From a virus (taxonomy: Duplodnaviria; Heunggongvirae; Uroviricota; Caudoviricetes), in IMG/VR virus record IMGVR_UViG_2718218434_000004, positions 1-55,227 of that record: a DNA stretch of 55,227 nucleotides; one strand, given 5' to 3'. The notes under the pieces are model-generated. The model saw nothing but the letters and a program-made list of their open reading frames with translations. It ran no database searches and was not told the DNA's origin. The position numbers and the translations under genes are program-made. Shown here in pieces: positions 1-10,147 of the stretch; the first letter of the stretch is position 1, and each line of letters begins with the position of its first letter.

Positions 1-282
1 CTACCTTTGCCTCTTGCCGCCATTTAACCGGAAGGCGTTACCGTTCGGTTGCGCTATCCCCATGCGGTGTTGCGTTTCGGTAACAGCTTTATGCAGGTCG
101 CCAAATTCCTCAACCTTCACGGGCGGGCGCTTCACGTTCTCCAGACACGTTTCACGGCGGCGCTTTATCCATTCCCGATCATCGTCCTCGGTGCATAACA
201 GCATGACTTCCATCCATCGTGCGGCAGCTCTCCGGTATAGCCCTTTTGACTCCAGCTCTTCAGCTTTCCTGTCCCTTATCAT
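1..282 (-). CDS. PerC-family transcriptional regulator-like protein
   Basis: 93-aa ORF, TAG stop at 1-3; EELESKGLYRRAAARWMEV motif shared with ORF 45139-45633 (EELESRGLYRRAATVWMAAF). Confidence 0.5.
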   Translation of the reverse strand: MIRDRKAEELESKGLYRRAAARWMEVMLLCTEDDDREWIKRRRETCLENVKRPPVKVEEFGDLHKAVTETQHRMGIAQPNGNAFRLNGGKRQR

Positions 283-318
283 TTCTGCCTCTCAGATTAT
301 ATAGATAAGCAAAAAGGT

Positions 319-439
319 GTTGGTTCAGTTGGTTCAGTTGGTTCAATTTGTAAAGAGTATTGTTTTTAAAAGAATTATTCGCAAAAAGTGAACCAACACA
401 CCCCATTTTTGAACCAACAAAAAGAGGCCGTGAACCAAC
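319..439. repeat. Iteron cluster: 3 tandem GTTGGTTCA (319-345) and 3 inverted copies TGAACCAAC at 21-bp phasing (389, 410, 431)
   Basis: Perfect 9-mers read directly from the sequence in an intergenic region; the 21-bp spacing puts sites on one face of the helix. Confidence 0.6.
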
Positions 440-513
440 ACGCCGTTTAAAAACCGCTAATTATGAGGGACATTCACCAGCACAGGGCTTGTCTAGTGCT
501 GGTTAGGTGCTGC

Positions 514-732
514 TCACCGCGCACGGAGCGGCGCTGGTTTGCTCCAGCGATATGCGGGGCTGGTCATCATTTCGCGGTACCGCCTGGCTATTACAGGGCC
601 CTCTGCCAGCTGGCGCCTTAATTCCCGCAGTTCTGCCGGGCTGAGCTGGTGGCCGCCATGCTCCAGCTTGGCAATGGTCAGCAGCTCGATTTCTCGTGGT
701 GTCATGGATTCCCCTCTGATGGTGATCGGCAT
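514..732 (-). CDS. hypothetical small protein
   Basis: 72-aa ORF next to the iterons; start may be the internal Met (MTPREIELL...). Confidence 0.3.
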   Translation of the reverse strand: MPITIRGESMTPREIELLTIAKLEHGGHQLSPAELRELRRQLAEGPVIARRYREMMTSPAYRWSKPAPLRAR

Positions 733-956
733 TATATTGCTAGCCAGGGTGATTCTTCACTGGCCAGAGCCGTTGTGCGTGAAGTCTATGCGTGAACTCC
801 ATATGCTATGTGTTAAGTTACAGCTCAAAATGTCCTGTTCCGGTGGTAACTTTTTGGTAAACAGCGTTTTGGTGGATACCAACATGGATACCTCGCTTTT
901 GGATACCACCCAAAGCCAGATTGTCACTATGCTTAATCTAAAGCAGAGGAGCCTCT

Positions 957-1142
957 ATGCGCCTTATCAAATTAAGCGAAGTCATGCTCAGAACGGGCTT
1001 CAAGAAAACGGCAATCTACTCATGGGTTAAGACGGGCACGTTTCCACAGCCAGTTAAAATTGGTAGATCAGCTAGATGGTCGCTTGAGGAGGTTGAAGCT
1101 TGGATCCAGAACAAACTTGATTCGCGGGCTGGCAACCAATGA
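957..1142 (+). CDS. alpA: AlpA-family phage transcriptional regulator
   Basis: 61 aa, MRLIKLSEV...TGFKKTAIYSWVKTGTFPQPVKIGRSARW typical of AlpA/Xis-like HTH; AGAGGAG RBS upstream. Confidence 0.65.
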   Translation: MRLIKLSEVMLRTGFKKTAIYSWVKTGTFPQPVKIGRSARWSLEEVEAWIQNKLDSRAGNQ

Positions 1143-1775
1143 TTAGCTTTAATATCGAGTGGTGGATAGTCCATGGACAAGCTGATGGGCGCACTCGACG
1201 AAAACGATGCGCCAGGCGGACTGTGTCGCTCATAAACCGGGAGTTGGCCAGAGGACTTAGTTGTCCTTTGCAATTCTGCAGGTTCGCACGTGAAAGTAGC
1301 CAAAACCCTGCGAACCTGAGTGCAAACCTGCAACTGCGAACCACTGAGGTGGCCTCTCATAGCTGGTGGTCATACTGGATATTAATCAGGCCTGCCACAA
1401 CCATAACAATCCATAACAGACGCATCGCACCAACAATTACTAATAGGTCCGCTCGCAACACTAATTTTGACTAAGCCTGAACGCAATGCTCAGAAAGAAC
1501 GAAGAATGGAATGAATCGTACCATCATGTTGCTCCATGATTTTTACGTTCAAGACAGTTGCTTAATCTCGCCTCGCAATTCAGCCCCCTTGCCGTTATCG
1601 AGAAGTCTTTCTCCTTACGGTTAATGCTATCGGTCTTCATATTACCAGCAGCATACGCCATCCGATTATTTCGATGCTACGCGCGCGTACTTGTCGCAAA
1701 ATACCAGGCAAAGGCCAGATTCAGAACGTCGTGATAACCACCAGTACAACATGAGAGGTCATGTAACGCGATTTA

Positions 1776-2156
1776 TCACACCAGATACATGTGATTGGTG
1801 TACCCGCATAAAACATCGTCATAGCGCGTCCTGTGCGCATATACGCCGATAATCAACACATCACCACCACTCTGTCTCATGTAGAGAACAGTTTTATGGT
1901 ATCCCCCCGCCATCGTGTGCATACTGGTCGGACGTAGTTGCAAAATTTTTTGCAACTGATACCCCTCGCGCGCGTACTTGTCTCGAAATTGGTGTTTTGC
2001 TGTGGCAGTGATATCAGAAAAATCTTCCTGTTTCACATAAAGCGGATATGCGCGTACTGTAACGGCCCCATCAACGGGGATCGGATTTGAAATCCCGACC
2101 CAAGCTATGTACCAAATGCCATGTCTTGGATATATGATGATTGCCATTCTAAACAA
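1776..2156 (-). CDS. hypothetical protein (doubtful; may be a decayed gene)
   Basis: 126-aa ORF in a coding-poor stretch; a 16-bp segment of it (1967-1982) is duplicated at 1680-1695. Confidence 0.2.
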   Translation of the reverse strand: MFRMAIIIYPRHGIWYIAWVGISNPIPVDGAVTVRAYPLYVKQEDFSDITATAKHQFRDKYAREGYQLQKILQLRPTSMHTMAGGYHKTVLYMRQSGGDVLIIGVYAHRTRYDDVLCGYTNHMYLV

Positions 2157-2175
2157 CGCTAAAGGGAGGGTTGGT

Positions 2176-2574
2176 GTGAATCAATTGAAGCGATTGGTTG
2201 TCTCCGGTTTATTATTTGCTTCTTTTGGAGCGAACGCTGAATGCTGGATTATTGGTGATCTGAAAGGACAAGAAGCCTCAAGTTCAGATGGGTATAACTA
2301 TAAGTTATCATCTATACCAGATACATTTCATTTGGTAATAAGTAAAGAGAAGGCGGATCTTATCTTGGCAAAAGATGGTATAGGTGGAGGTATTGATTAT
2401 TACCCGCTATCTCCGAATGCCATGATGGGAAGAAGCTATCGAGATGGTCAACTGACGCTTGTCACATGGGCAATCTCAAATGACGGAAAAGTGATCCATA
2501 CACGAACAATTAGTCGATCTGATATAGGCTCATTTACAGGCTCATTTGTCGGCAATGTTAAAGGCAAGTGTTAA
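2176..2574 (+). CDS. secreted protein of unknown function (signal peptide)
   Basis: AGGGAGG RBS then GTG at 2176; N-terminus NQLKRLVVSGLLFASFGANA is a signal-peptide pattern. Confidence 0.45.
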   Translation: MNQLKRLVVSGLLFASFGANAECWIIGDLKGQEASSSDGYNYKLSSIPDTFHLVISKEKADLILAKDGIGGGIDYYPLSPNAMMGRSYRDGQLTLVTWAISNDGKVIHTRTISRSDIGSFTGSFVGNVKGKC

Positions 2575-2635
2575 TGTTCATAACTATTTGAAAAAATACT
2601 AATTACTATTATAACCAACCATCCATGGTCATCTG

Positions 2636-4741
2636 TTATTGAGCTTCCTTTTGCGATGCTTGTGCTGCTGTGGTCAGTGATTGTGTGACCGTACTGATCG
2701 CTCTGTCATATGCTGTGCTACCTTTTGGCGTATTTGCCAGACGTAACAAGGCATTTCGTATAACAGGGCTTTCGTATGCCTTCGCTGCTCCGCCTACGGC
2801 ACCAGCAGCAGGAACAACAAACGCAGCCGTTTTTAGCATCCCCGCTAATACTGCTGCGTTTATGATGCCACCACCAACTAACAATCCATAAAGCTGCTGA
2901 CCATTTAAGTTTTGAACGTTCGCTTTTGCCGCGTGTCTTGTATCGTTGAGGTATTTAATAACGCCGTCCAGTTCCTTTCCATGTACGCCTTTAAAGAAAG
3001 TTGCTGATTGCTTCCTGTTCCGGTGTAACGCATTAATAAACTTCTCAACACTGATATTTCCAGACGGATCAGTCGCCTTATCTACAGCATTCTGAACTAT
3101 GGCTGCTCGTGCGTTTTGCCTACCATTGTCATCCAGAAGCCTGTAAAGCTGAGAACGTTCTGATGGGCTTTGGCTAAAAACGAGTTTTGTTACATCCTCA
3201 GGCGTGGCCTTGCCGCTGGCTATTGCCTTTTGAACGCGCGTTCTTCCCATCATGTCATTGAATTTAGACCATGAGCGATCAACCCTTGCCATATTAATGG
3301 CTTCGTCTGCTCCAAGATTTTTGGCTACGGCTTTTTTCATATCCGCCGTATATGCCTTGTAGATAATATCGCTGGCTTTCTGGAGCGTATCTTTATCAAC
3401 AGTGTCAGATGACGCCATAAATCGCTTTCGAAGATCGGTTCTGTTTTCCCTCGCCAGACGCAGGTCATTTGGTCCGCTGGTGATATCGTCTTTAAATTGC
3501 TGCAAGACTTTTACCGCGGCTCTATCCTGAGATTTGCCCGGGCGGCTTAACACGGCAATCTGATTGTCGATAGCTTTTACCGTGTTTGAGAGATCGACAG
3601 GGGTATCCCCCATAGCGTCAATTATGCGGTTATATCGCTTTCCTGCTGCCTCAATGAATTTTTGTTGCCCTTTAGTCGCAGATTCATAAAGCTGTTTATC
3701 AGAAATGCCACCCAGACCATCGCTAAATGTTCTGACTAAATTTTCTCGTGCTTGTTGTTGATTCAGCCGATTCTTACCGGTTCCAAAAAAAGGAACTCTT
3801 TCGCCTAATGTCTGAGCCTGACTCTGCATAAAGGTTTTATCTTTCAGCATGTCACTGGTCATTAACGGCAGATTTCTTTCCGATGCAAAGTTGACAGCAG
3901 CCTTTGCTTCAGGCGACATATCACCACGAACAGCCCTCGAAACCGCACTCGCTGTATTTTCCAGCCCCTTACCAATACCACCAATGCCAGCAGAAATTAC
4001 CGTTTGTAACGGATCAATATCTTCTCCACCAGCAAGGCTGGTGGCTCCCTGTAGTGCTAAATCTGTAGCTGCTGATTTTCCTATGGCACCAAGCACCGTT
4101 CCAGCCCTGCCCGCTGGTGTAAACGCCAGCGCATTAGCCAGAAACGATGCCACGTCTTGCGGCGATAAACCCGGCTTGTTCAGAGCATAATCACCGGATG
4201 GCAGGGAAACGATAGTGTTACCCTTCTCATCCTGCCTTAATTTCGCTCCCATGCTCTGAAGAATCTTTTCCTGAGATGCGTCAGAGCCGAAAAGTTGAGA
4301 CCATCGAGCTTTTAGAGCATCCATGCTGAGTGAGGTTAACTCTGGGGCAAAGTCGACATTTTGCAGTCTCTCCATCTCTGGAGTCATTCGGCTTTCGCCT
4401 GTTATAGCATCGCGCATAGCAGCCCCAAGACTGGCTCCCTGTTCTGCTGAACGCTCAAGCCCCTCTCTTTGCTGAGTAGCTAACTTTGCATACCCTGACG
4501 CAAGAGAATTATCAGATGATGTATGTTGAATATTTTGAGTTGCTGATTGGGATCGGTCTATTTCATTCGTTGATGGTAGTGGATAGGCAGCATAAAAAGC
4601 CTGCTTAGCCTGCTCTACACTTTCTCCGGCTTGCGGGGCAACGACTTCATTGAAGTATTGCTCCTGAGCCTGCGCTTTTTGTTCTGGTGCTAACGCCTGA
4701 TACTGTGGAGAGGCGATAACATCTTTCCATGCTTTAGCCAT
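2636..4741 (-). CDS. uncharacterised 701-aa helical protein with C-terminal Gly/Ala-rich hydrophobic segment
   Basis: Long ORF translationally coupled to the upstream 246-aa ORF; no Walker A motif; segment LLVGGGIINAAVLAGMLKTAAFVVPAAGAVGGAA near the C-terminus. Confidence 0.6.
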   Translation of the reverse strand: MAKAWKDVIASPQYQALAPEQKAQAQEQYFNEVVAPQAGESVEQAKQAFYAAYPLPSTNEIDRSQSATQNIQHTSSDNSLASGYAKLATQQREGLERSAEQGASLGAAMRDAITGESRMTPEMERLQNVDFAPELTSLSMDALKARWSQLFGSDASQEKILQSMGAKLRQDEKGNTIVSLPSGDYALNKPGLSPQDVASFLANALAFTPAGRAGTVLGAIGKSAATDLALQGATSLAGGEDIDPLQTVISAGIGGIGKGLENTASAVSRAVRGDMSPEAKAAVNFASERNLPLMTSDMLKDKTFMQSQAQTLGERVPFFGTGKNRLNQQQARENLVRTFSDGLGGISDKQLYESATKGQQKFIEAAGKRYNRIIDAMGDTPVDLSNTVKAIDNQIAVLSRPGKSQDRAAVKVLQQFKDDITSGPNDLRLARENRTDLRKRFMASSDTVDKDTLQKASDIIYKAYTADMKKAVAKNLGADEAINMARVDRSWSKFNDMMGRTRVQKAIASGKATPEDVTKLVFSQSPSERSQLYRLLDDNGRQNARAAIVQNAVDKATDPSGNISVEKFINALHRNRKQSATFFKGVHGKELDGVIKYLNDTRHAAKANVQNLNGQQLYGLLVGGGIINAAVLAGMLKTAAFVVPAAGAVGGAAKAYESPVIRNALLRLANTPKGSTAYDRAISTVTQSLTTAAQASQKEAQ

Positions 4742-5481
4742 TAATCACCCCATAGTGAAGAAAAGTTACTGCTGGCTGCTGGCTGTGATACCTGCTCAGA
4801 TTGCGGCAATGTCTGCGACGAAGAAGAAGTTCCTCTGTCAACTGCTGAAATAACCCGCAAAGCATCATAAGCTCGACCAGAAGCAGCTTTCAGCGAATTG
4901 AACTGGTTTTCCATCTTCCGGCGCTTGGTATCAATGGTTTTTGTGGAGTCGCCAGGCTGAGGGAAATACATTTGATAATATTTTGACATTTCAGCAGGTG
5001 CGATAGCTGCCCCTGTTTCCTGACGGAGTATTGCCATTATTGCGTCATTAGCATTAACAACGTATTGCTGCTCTGTTGGGCTGAGCGTTAAGTTAGCCAG
5101 CGTCCCATTACCCAAAGCATTATTAATGATCGCCACTCGCTGTGGGCTAAGCTGGTCTTTCAGTGTATCTATTGAATCAAGAGCATCCCTAACCCTGTAT
5201 GCAAATCCAGCAGCTTTTTTAGCCCCTTCTGGCGACTTTTCCATGATCTTTTGGGCTGTTGGCAAAGCTATTGGACGAAACCCATCTCCAGATATTGGCT
5301 GGTTTAGTTTTCCCTGCTCTTCACTTCCGTCTGTGTAGTATTTTGTGACAGTGCCATCATCGTTTTCTCTAACACTCATTAATTTTTTGGCGTTTGTATT
5401 AATTCCAGCCGCTGCCGCAAATGCCGCCGCCCCCTCTGGATCCGCCTTTAACATTTGAGCGTACTGATTGTAATTCTGCAT
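4741..5481 (-). CDS. uncharacterised 246-aa protein, same operon as the primase
   Basis: ORF starts 27 bp after the primase stop and overlaps the start of the 701-aa ORF. Confidence 0.55.
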   Translation of the reverse strand: MQNYNQYAQMLKADPEGAAAFAAAAGINTNAKKLMSVRENDDGTVTKYYTDGSEEQGKLNQPISGDGFRPIALPTAQKIMEKSPEGAKKAAGFAYRVRDALDSIDTLKDQLSPQRVAIINNALGNGTLANLTLSPTEQQYVVNANDAIMAILRQETGAAIAPAEMSKYYQMYFPQPGDSTKTIDTKRRKMENQFNSLKAASGRAYDALRVISAVDRGTSSSSQTLPQSEQVSQPAASSNFSSLWGD

Positions 5482-5507
5482 TGCTGCTGTTGGTGCATAT
5501 GCTGACG

Positions 5508-6857
5508 TTAACGCATTTGCTCGGCTACCCCACCAGCTTTAAGTGTGCGCCATCCTTCACGTTCACCAATATCAGCCAGTGGAATGGCAGCGGTTGTCGG
5601 CGTTTCAGAACCAAACGACAGCCAGCGAAGAATGAGATACTGGTCTTTATCGTCTCTGCCAGTACCGATAACGCTTAACGGAGAACATAACCAGCTTTCG
5701 TTATTGATGATTTCTCCACTCTGGCTGTCAGCTCTCGGAGATACCCAATAAATACCATCCTCGCGGCTTTCTATTCTTGGTTTCAGTGGGTCGGTATCCA
5801 TAACCTTAAAATCGCTTCCCTCAATGGTCTGTGGCTCCTGTTTCACGCCATTACCCTGTGGTTGGTACATTGACTTATTGAACGCTTCTGTGGCGCATTT
5901 AATGCCGTGTTTTTGGTGGTAATCATTCCAGTCTGCTTTGTGATCTGTCGGGGGTAATGCCACCCATCCAGAAACAGATAAAGCTGCTTTTTCTGCTGCT
6001 ATTCTCCCCGTGTTTTGTCTTCCTTCGCTGTGGTCGTTATCCGCAGCAATGATGATTTGTGCTGAAGGAAATTTATCCCGCAGTACCTGGGCGACATATA
6101 ACAGGTTCCCGGCATCAATCGCCGCCACTGTCAGCGCCTCTGGACGAATTAAATGGGCAGATAATGCCGTTGCCAGCCCTTCTGCGATTAAGATGCTCTG
6201 TGTTGTTTCTGGCGCGTTTATGGCGTGATATGCCCCCCGCTTTGCTGAACCTGTCAGGAGTCTTTTTTCACCATGTGATGTAATAGTCTGTGCTGCTGTG
6301 ACTGCGCCGGATTTATCCACCAGCGCCAGCAACAGAGATCCATCGGGCAACACGGGGAATGTAAAATCACCTACCCCTTTCGCAACCAGATAATCAGATT
6401 TGCCGTTTACAGCCTTTCTGCGCATGTCATCAAACTGACGGGAAAACGTATCCCGTCTTTGTTGTTCGTCCTTCTCTGCTCTTTTCAGGCGCTCCTGTTC
6501 GCGTCGCTGGCGCTCGGTTTCCAGTTGTTCCCGTTTCTGGCTGGTGGCTTCTGGTGTTTCCGTTGTCCGGTAATCAATACCCAGAACATCAGCGGCAAGA
6601 AGCGCCGCCTCTGTTGTGTCGCAGTTATTTACGCGTTTAATTAAATCCAGCCCATCACCAGCGCCGCACTGATTACAGATGAAGCTACCGCGCCCGTTGT
6701 CATCGAACCGGAATCGATCTTTGCCCCCACATGCAGGGCAGGGAGCATGACGGCGCGGAGAGTCAGGGACATTTATGTTCAGGCAGCCCAGCACATGAGG
6801 CCAGTTGTTTTCAGACGCACTGATAACCTGACGGATAAGATCAATGTTTCGCATCAC
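5508..6857 (-). CDS. DNA primase (zinc-ribbon plus Toprim, P4 alpha N-terminal-like; no helicase domain)
   Basis: [14 protein letters not shown]...[12 protein letters not shown] zinc-binding motif and Toprim-like [17 protein letters not shown] in a 449-aa ORF. Confidence 0.7.
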   Translation of the reverse strand: MMRNIDLIRQVISASENNWPHVLGCLNINVPDSPRRHAPCPACGGKDRFRFDDNGRGSFICNQCGAGDGLDLIKRVNNCDTTEAALLAADVLGIDYRTTETPEATSQKREQLETERQRREQERLKRAEKDEQQRRDTFSRQFDDMRRKAVNGKSDYLVAKGVGDFTFPVLPDGSLLLALVDKSGAVTAAQTITSHGEKRLLTGSAKRGAYHAINAPETTQSILIAEGLATALSAHLIRPEALTVAAIDAGNLLYVAQVLRDKFPSAQIIIAADNDHSEGRQNTGRIAAEKAALSVSGWVALPPTDHKADWNDYHQKHGIKCATEAFNKSMYQPQGNGVKQEPQTIEGSDFKVMDTDPLKPRIESREDGIYWVSPRADSQSGEIINNESWLCSPLSVIGTGRDDKDQYLILRWLSFGSETPTTAAIPLADIGEREGWRTLKAGGVAEQMR

Positions 6858-7212
6858 CGTACCCCACGTGGTCTATAGCGTTTGCGATATGGCTAACCAG
6901 CATCTGCCACTTGGTTATTCCGTAATCAGTCAGCATGCCATCATTGTTTAGCCACATATCAAATTCAGCGGTTGTCGCAAGTTTCCACTTATCGCCGTGG
7001 ACAGTCCTCATTGCTGGGTACATGAATGCGCAAATCAGATCACAAACATCTGACGGCTTCAGAGATGTAGTAATGGTGCGTCCCTCTGGCGTCTGAATTG
7101 CCATTTTCTCTTCACCAGTAGAATGAAGGTTATGAATCCACACAGCACCAGCAATCTTTGCCACCTGCTCTCCGATTGCGGAGCTAAGCGCCATTTCTGC
7201 ATTTTCACGCAT
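6841..7212 (-). CDS. hypothetical protein
   Basis: 123-aa ORF in a tightly packed same-strand array upstream of the primase. Confidence 0.4.
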   Translation of the reverse strand: MRENAEMALSSAIGEQVAKIAGAVWIHNLHSTGEEKMAIQTPEGRTITTSLKPSDVCDLICAFMYPAMRTVHGDKWKLATTAEFDMWLNNDGMLTDYGITKWQMLVSHIANAIDHVGYGDAKH

Positions 7213-7546
7213 GAGAACCTCCCGCTACAGTTGCGCCCATGTCATTAACCATGCTTTGCCATATCTCACGCCCGACGTCAGTCAATCCGTCCTTAGTGAC
7301 GCAACGCTCAAGAAGCTCGATCCCCACGGTTTCCCACTGCGGGTAGAACACTTTCATGGCTGCCAGTGTGTAGCTATCGATCAGGCTGCGAACGCCTTTT
7401 ACTCCATTAACGATTTCCACACGTACGGCCTCGCCGTCCGCATCAACCATGAAATAGTCCCCGCCGCTGGTGGAGGTAATGTGGTTATACAGTGCCGACG
7501 CATACTTATTTGCCAGCGCATTCAGTCGGAAATTTTTAGTAATCAT
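7205..7546 (-). CDS. hypothetical protein
   Basis: 113-aa ORF, overlapping gene junctions typical of phage operons. Confidence 0.4.
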   Translation of the reverse strand: MITKNFRLNALANKYASALYNHITSTSGGDYFMVDADGEAVRVEIVNGVKGVRSLIDSYTLAAMKVFYPQWETVGIELLERCVTKDGLTDVGREIWQSMVNDMGATVAGGSHA

Positions 7547-7556
7547 GGCTCCATCC

Positions 7557-8159
7557 TCAGTGCGTCACTGGTTCCGCTGGCATGCCGTTTTCATTCAGTT
7601 CAGCTATAAAGCTGTTGTGAAGTTCAGCAAGCGTTTCACGACCAAATGGAGTCAGTGCTCCTTGTTCCACATCCATCATGGCTCTGTAGAAAATGATGGC
7701 GCGTTCTGTGCCAGACTCGATGCCAAAACGTTCTATCATCGCTCCCTCAATGTTGTTTGCCATAGCGAGGCGCTCTGCTACTGGATACAGCGGCATGGCG
7801 ACGATGCCGTTGGAATAAACAGCCACTTCGGAAGGATTGCCAGTATCATCAATGATGCTGACAGTGCCGTTTTCCTCTCTCATTTCCAGCATGAATACTG
7901 TTGCGATCAGCCATCTCCACATAATGACGTTATGCTGTGATGTGTAATCGAAATATCCCTGGTTGCCGCCATCGGCAATAGCGAGATGTATTGACATACC
8001 TTCATCTGGTTTATCGTCATAATCCCCGGCATCCAGACGATTTACGGCATCAATATATGAGACGGCCTCAACGCGTTCTGTCATGCCATCGTTGCTGCGG
8101 TACATGATGTTTACGCCGTCAGGCGTTGCTTCTGTATGGAAAGTTAAGAAATTATTCAT
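7557..8159 (-). CDS. hypothetical protein
   Basis: Start set at internal ATG (MNNFLTF...) just after the upstream gene's stop; the longer ORF would overlap it. Confidence 0.4.
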   Translation of the reverse strand: MNNFLTFHTEATPDGVNIMYRSNDGMTERVEAVSYIDAVNRLDAGDYDDKPDEGMSIHLAIADGGNQGYFDYTSQHNVIMWRWLIATVFMLEMREENGTVSIIDDTGNPSEVAVYSNGIVAMPLYPVAERLAMANNIEGAMIERFGIESGTERAIIFYRAMMDVEQGALTPFGRETLAELHNSFIAELNENGMPAEPVTH

Positions 8160-8373
8160 GTTTCGCCTCGCCTGAATGATTCTGTAACTCATATTTGCCC
8201 AACAATTCGTCCGCTTCATGAATAGCTTCTGGTACGCCATTGAGCAGTGACATAACCGCGCCAATCATTAACTTGTCTCTGTTGCTGGGGCTGGCCCCTT
8301 CAAGCCAGAACCCTAAAACAGTCTGAACCTGTTCGATGCGACATTGCGCTTCAATGAGCTGGATGTTGGTCAT
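8152..8373 (-). CDS. hypothetical small protein
   Basis: 73-aa ORF in the same-strand array. Confidence 0.35.
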   Translation of the reverse strand: MTNIQLIEAQCRIEQVQTVLGFWLEGASPSNRDKLMIGAVMSLLNGVPEAIHEADELLGKYELQNHSGEAKHE

Positions 8374-8633
8374 TTCGCACTCTCCACATCGATTAAACCG
8401 ATATCTATCAGGGAGGTAACTTTTTGTAGCCAGCTATTGATTACTGTCGCCTGTTCCCCGCCCACCGAGGGAACAATCTCATTCATCACATGAACCAGAC
8501 CTGTGCGCGCTCTGGTAAGCCGTTCAGTCGCGCAATCTGCGGGAGTGAATGTGTCTGGATATGGCTCTTCACGCCCCAGCAATGATTCAATTTCCAGCTC
8601 ACACGGATGACGATAAATTAAGTTGATATTCAT
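8370..8633 (-). CDS. hypothetical small protein
   Basis: 87-aa ORF, 4-bp overlap with neighbours. Confidence 0.35.
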   Translation of the reverse strand: MNINLIYRHPCELEIESLLGREEPYPDTFTPADCATERLTRARTGLVHVMNEIVPSVGGEQATVINSWLQKVTSLIDIGLIDVESAK

Positions 8634-8824
8634 TTTTCACCACCAAGAATTACCAGCTCTGCACGGGCATCGTTAACCAAAGATGAGCACGCTTTAATCG
8701 CATCCACGACATCAGCAGCGTCCATTTCTTCAGCCGAAAGACTGACAGCAACCAGGACAGCCGCTGCTTGCTCGATTAATTGAAGTGCGGACGTAAGGCG
8801 AGGGGTATTAATTGAGTTATTCAT
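8630..8824 (-). CDS. hypothetical small protein
   Basis: Start set at MNNSINTPRL; overlaps the stop of the upstream gene. Confidence 0.35.
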   Translation of the reverse strand: MNNSINTPRLTSALQLIEQAAAVLVAVSLSAEEMDAADVVDAIKACSSLVNDARAELVILGGEK

Positions 8825-9035
8825 TGGTTGCCCCCGTTTTGCATGGCATTTGTCCACCTTCCAGCAGGAAATGAACGTCACGAACGGCGAGGTCCAATAT
8901 CGCGAGTAACGCCTTCAGTTTTTCGTCTCGTGAGGGAGAGTTGCTCACCAGAATGTCATTAATCACTTCTGTCAGTGTGATGATCTGGCTTGTGCGTTCG
9001 AGGGGGTCCATATGCACATCGTAGGTTTTAATCAT
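8817..9035 (-). CDS. hypothetical small protein (C-terminal part of the 355-aa ORF)
   Basis: Internal ATG at 9035 preceded by a GGAGGTGG RBS; downstream 72 aa look protein-like. Confidence 0.4.
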   Translation of the reverse strand: MIKTYDVHMDPLERTSQIITLTEVINDILVSNSPSRDEKLKALLAILDLAVRDVHFLLEGGQMPCKTGATNE

Positions 9036-9884
9036 GTGCCACCTCCATGCGGATACGACCAGCAAAAAAGCAGATGTGATCGCGCACCAGAGAACGGCGA
9101 GCATCGCGTTCAGACTCGGCAGCAATATGATGAATTTTGGCGGTAATTGTCGGGCAATCGCGGCGAACTGCGGCGATAATCCAGATAAATTGCGTTTTTT
9201 GGGTAGGGGTAGTAGCCAGCATGTGGCAGCCTCCTTCAGATAGCAGGTTACGCTACCACCGGAAACGCCAATTTCGCTGGTGGTAGCCCAGACAGGGTTG
9301 GCGTAACCGGCTCTGAAGGATACCGGCGCTTCCGAAGAAGCCCCCGCCTGAGCCACCATTGATTGACAAAGGCGCTGGATTATACACCAACGCCCAAAAA
9401 ATGGGTGAGTCAGACCTACGACATAAAAAAAGACGCTCGGCGCGTCATATGTCGCCTTCAGAATTTTCAGGACGCCAATCCCGGCACCCGTTTTATGAGG
9501 TGCCTTATAACCATAAACCGTGTTGCCGCATAACGGCAAGCTCTTTTTTATGGACTCCGAAAACTCACTATTGGAAGAACCAGAAGCACAGTACATCGCG
9601 CTCATTTCGTTAACGTCACGCGCGTGGACGAAGGTTTTTGTGGAGTCACTACACGAGCAGAGAAAGCCATCTACGACCAGAAATTCTCTGGCATAGCCGC
9701 TGACCTTCTCAACGCTAACACCATCGACCGTAATTTCTGACATAGTTAAGGCATCCGCTCCTACCACCAGCAAATGATAAACTTTGCTTGTATCTGCTGT
9801 ATTAATGTCTGACTTTGCTGTCATATTGCTGGATTTTGGCGACATACCAGCCAGTGAAAATATCTTCTTCTGGGCGGTTAGCAT
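9036..9884 (-). CDS. hypothetical protein, 3' boundary uncertain (possibly frameshifted)
   Basis: N-terminal about 160 aa of ORF 8817-9884 look protein-like; the central part is Cys/Trp/Pro-rich like out-of-frame translation. Confidence 0.25.
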
Positions 9885-10147
9885 TTGTTAACCTCCGCGA
9901 ACTCCTTCATGAAACGTGCCAGCGGTTGTACGCATGGCGATTGATACCCGTCGCGATAAAACGTCACTCGGTTGTGAGACACGCTTTCGACAGTAACGAG
10001 TGCTCCGTGGGCATCTTTGTAGCGTTTTTGAGGTTGTGGTGTTCCTGTCGGCTTAAACATGGACCGCCTCCAGACGCTTGGCGAGCCAGCGTTGCGACAG
10101 GCGGGTGAGTTCTCCTTTGCGCTGCTCATATTCCATGCCCATATCAA
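9878..10147 (-). CDS. hypothetical small protein
   Basis: 89-aa ORF between the antirepressor and the small-gene array. Confidence 0.3.
   Translation of the reverse strand: MIWAWNMSSAKENSPACRNAGSPSVWRRSMFKPTGTPQPQKRYKDAHGALVTVESVSHNRVTFYRDGYQSPCVQPLARFMKEFAEVNKC

Noticed and set aside
1139-1474. Plus-strand 111-aa ORF downstream of alpA
   Set aside because: Arg/Cys-rich low-complexity translation with no RBS; not supported as a gene.
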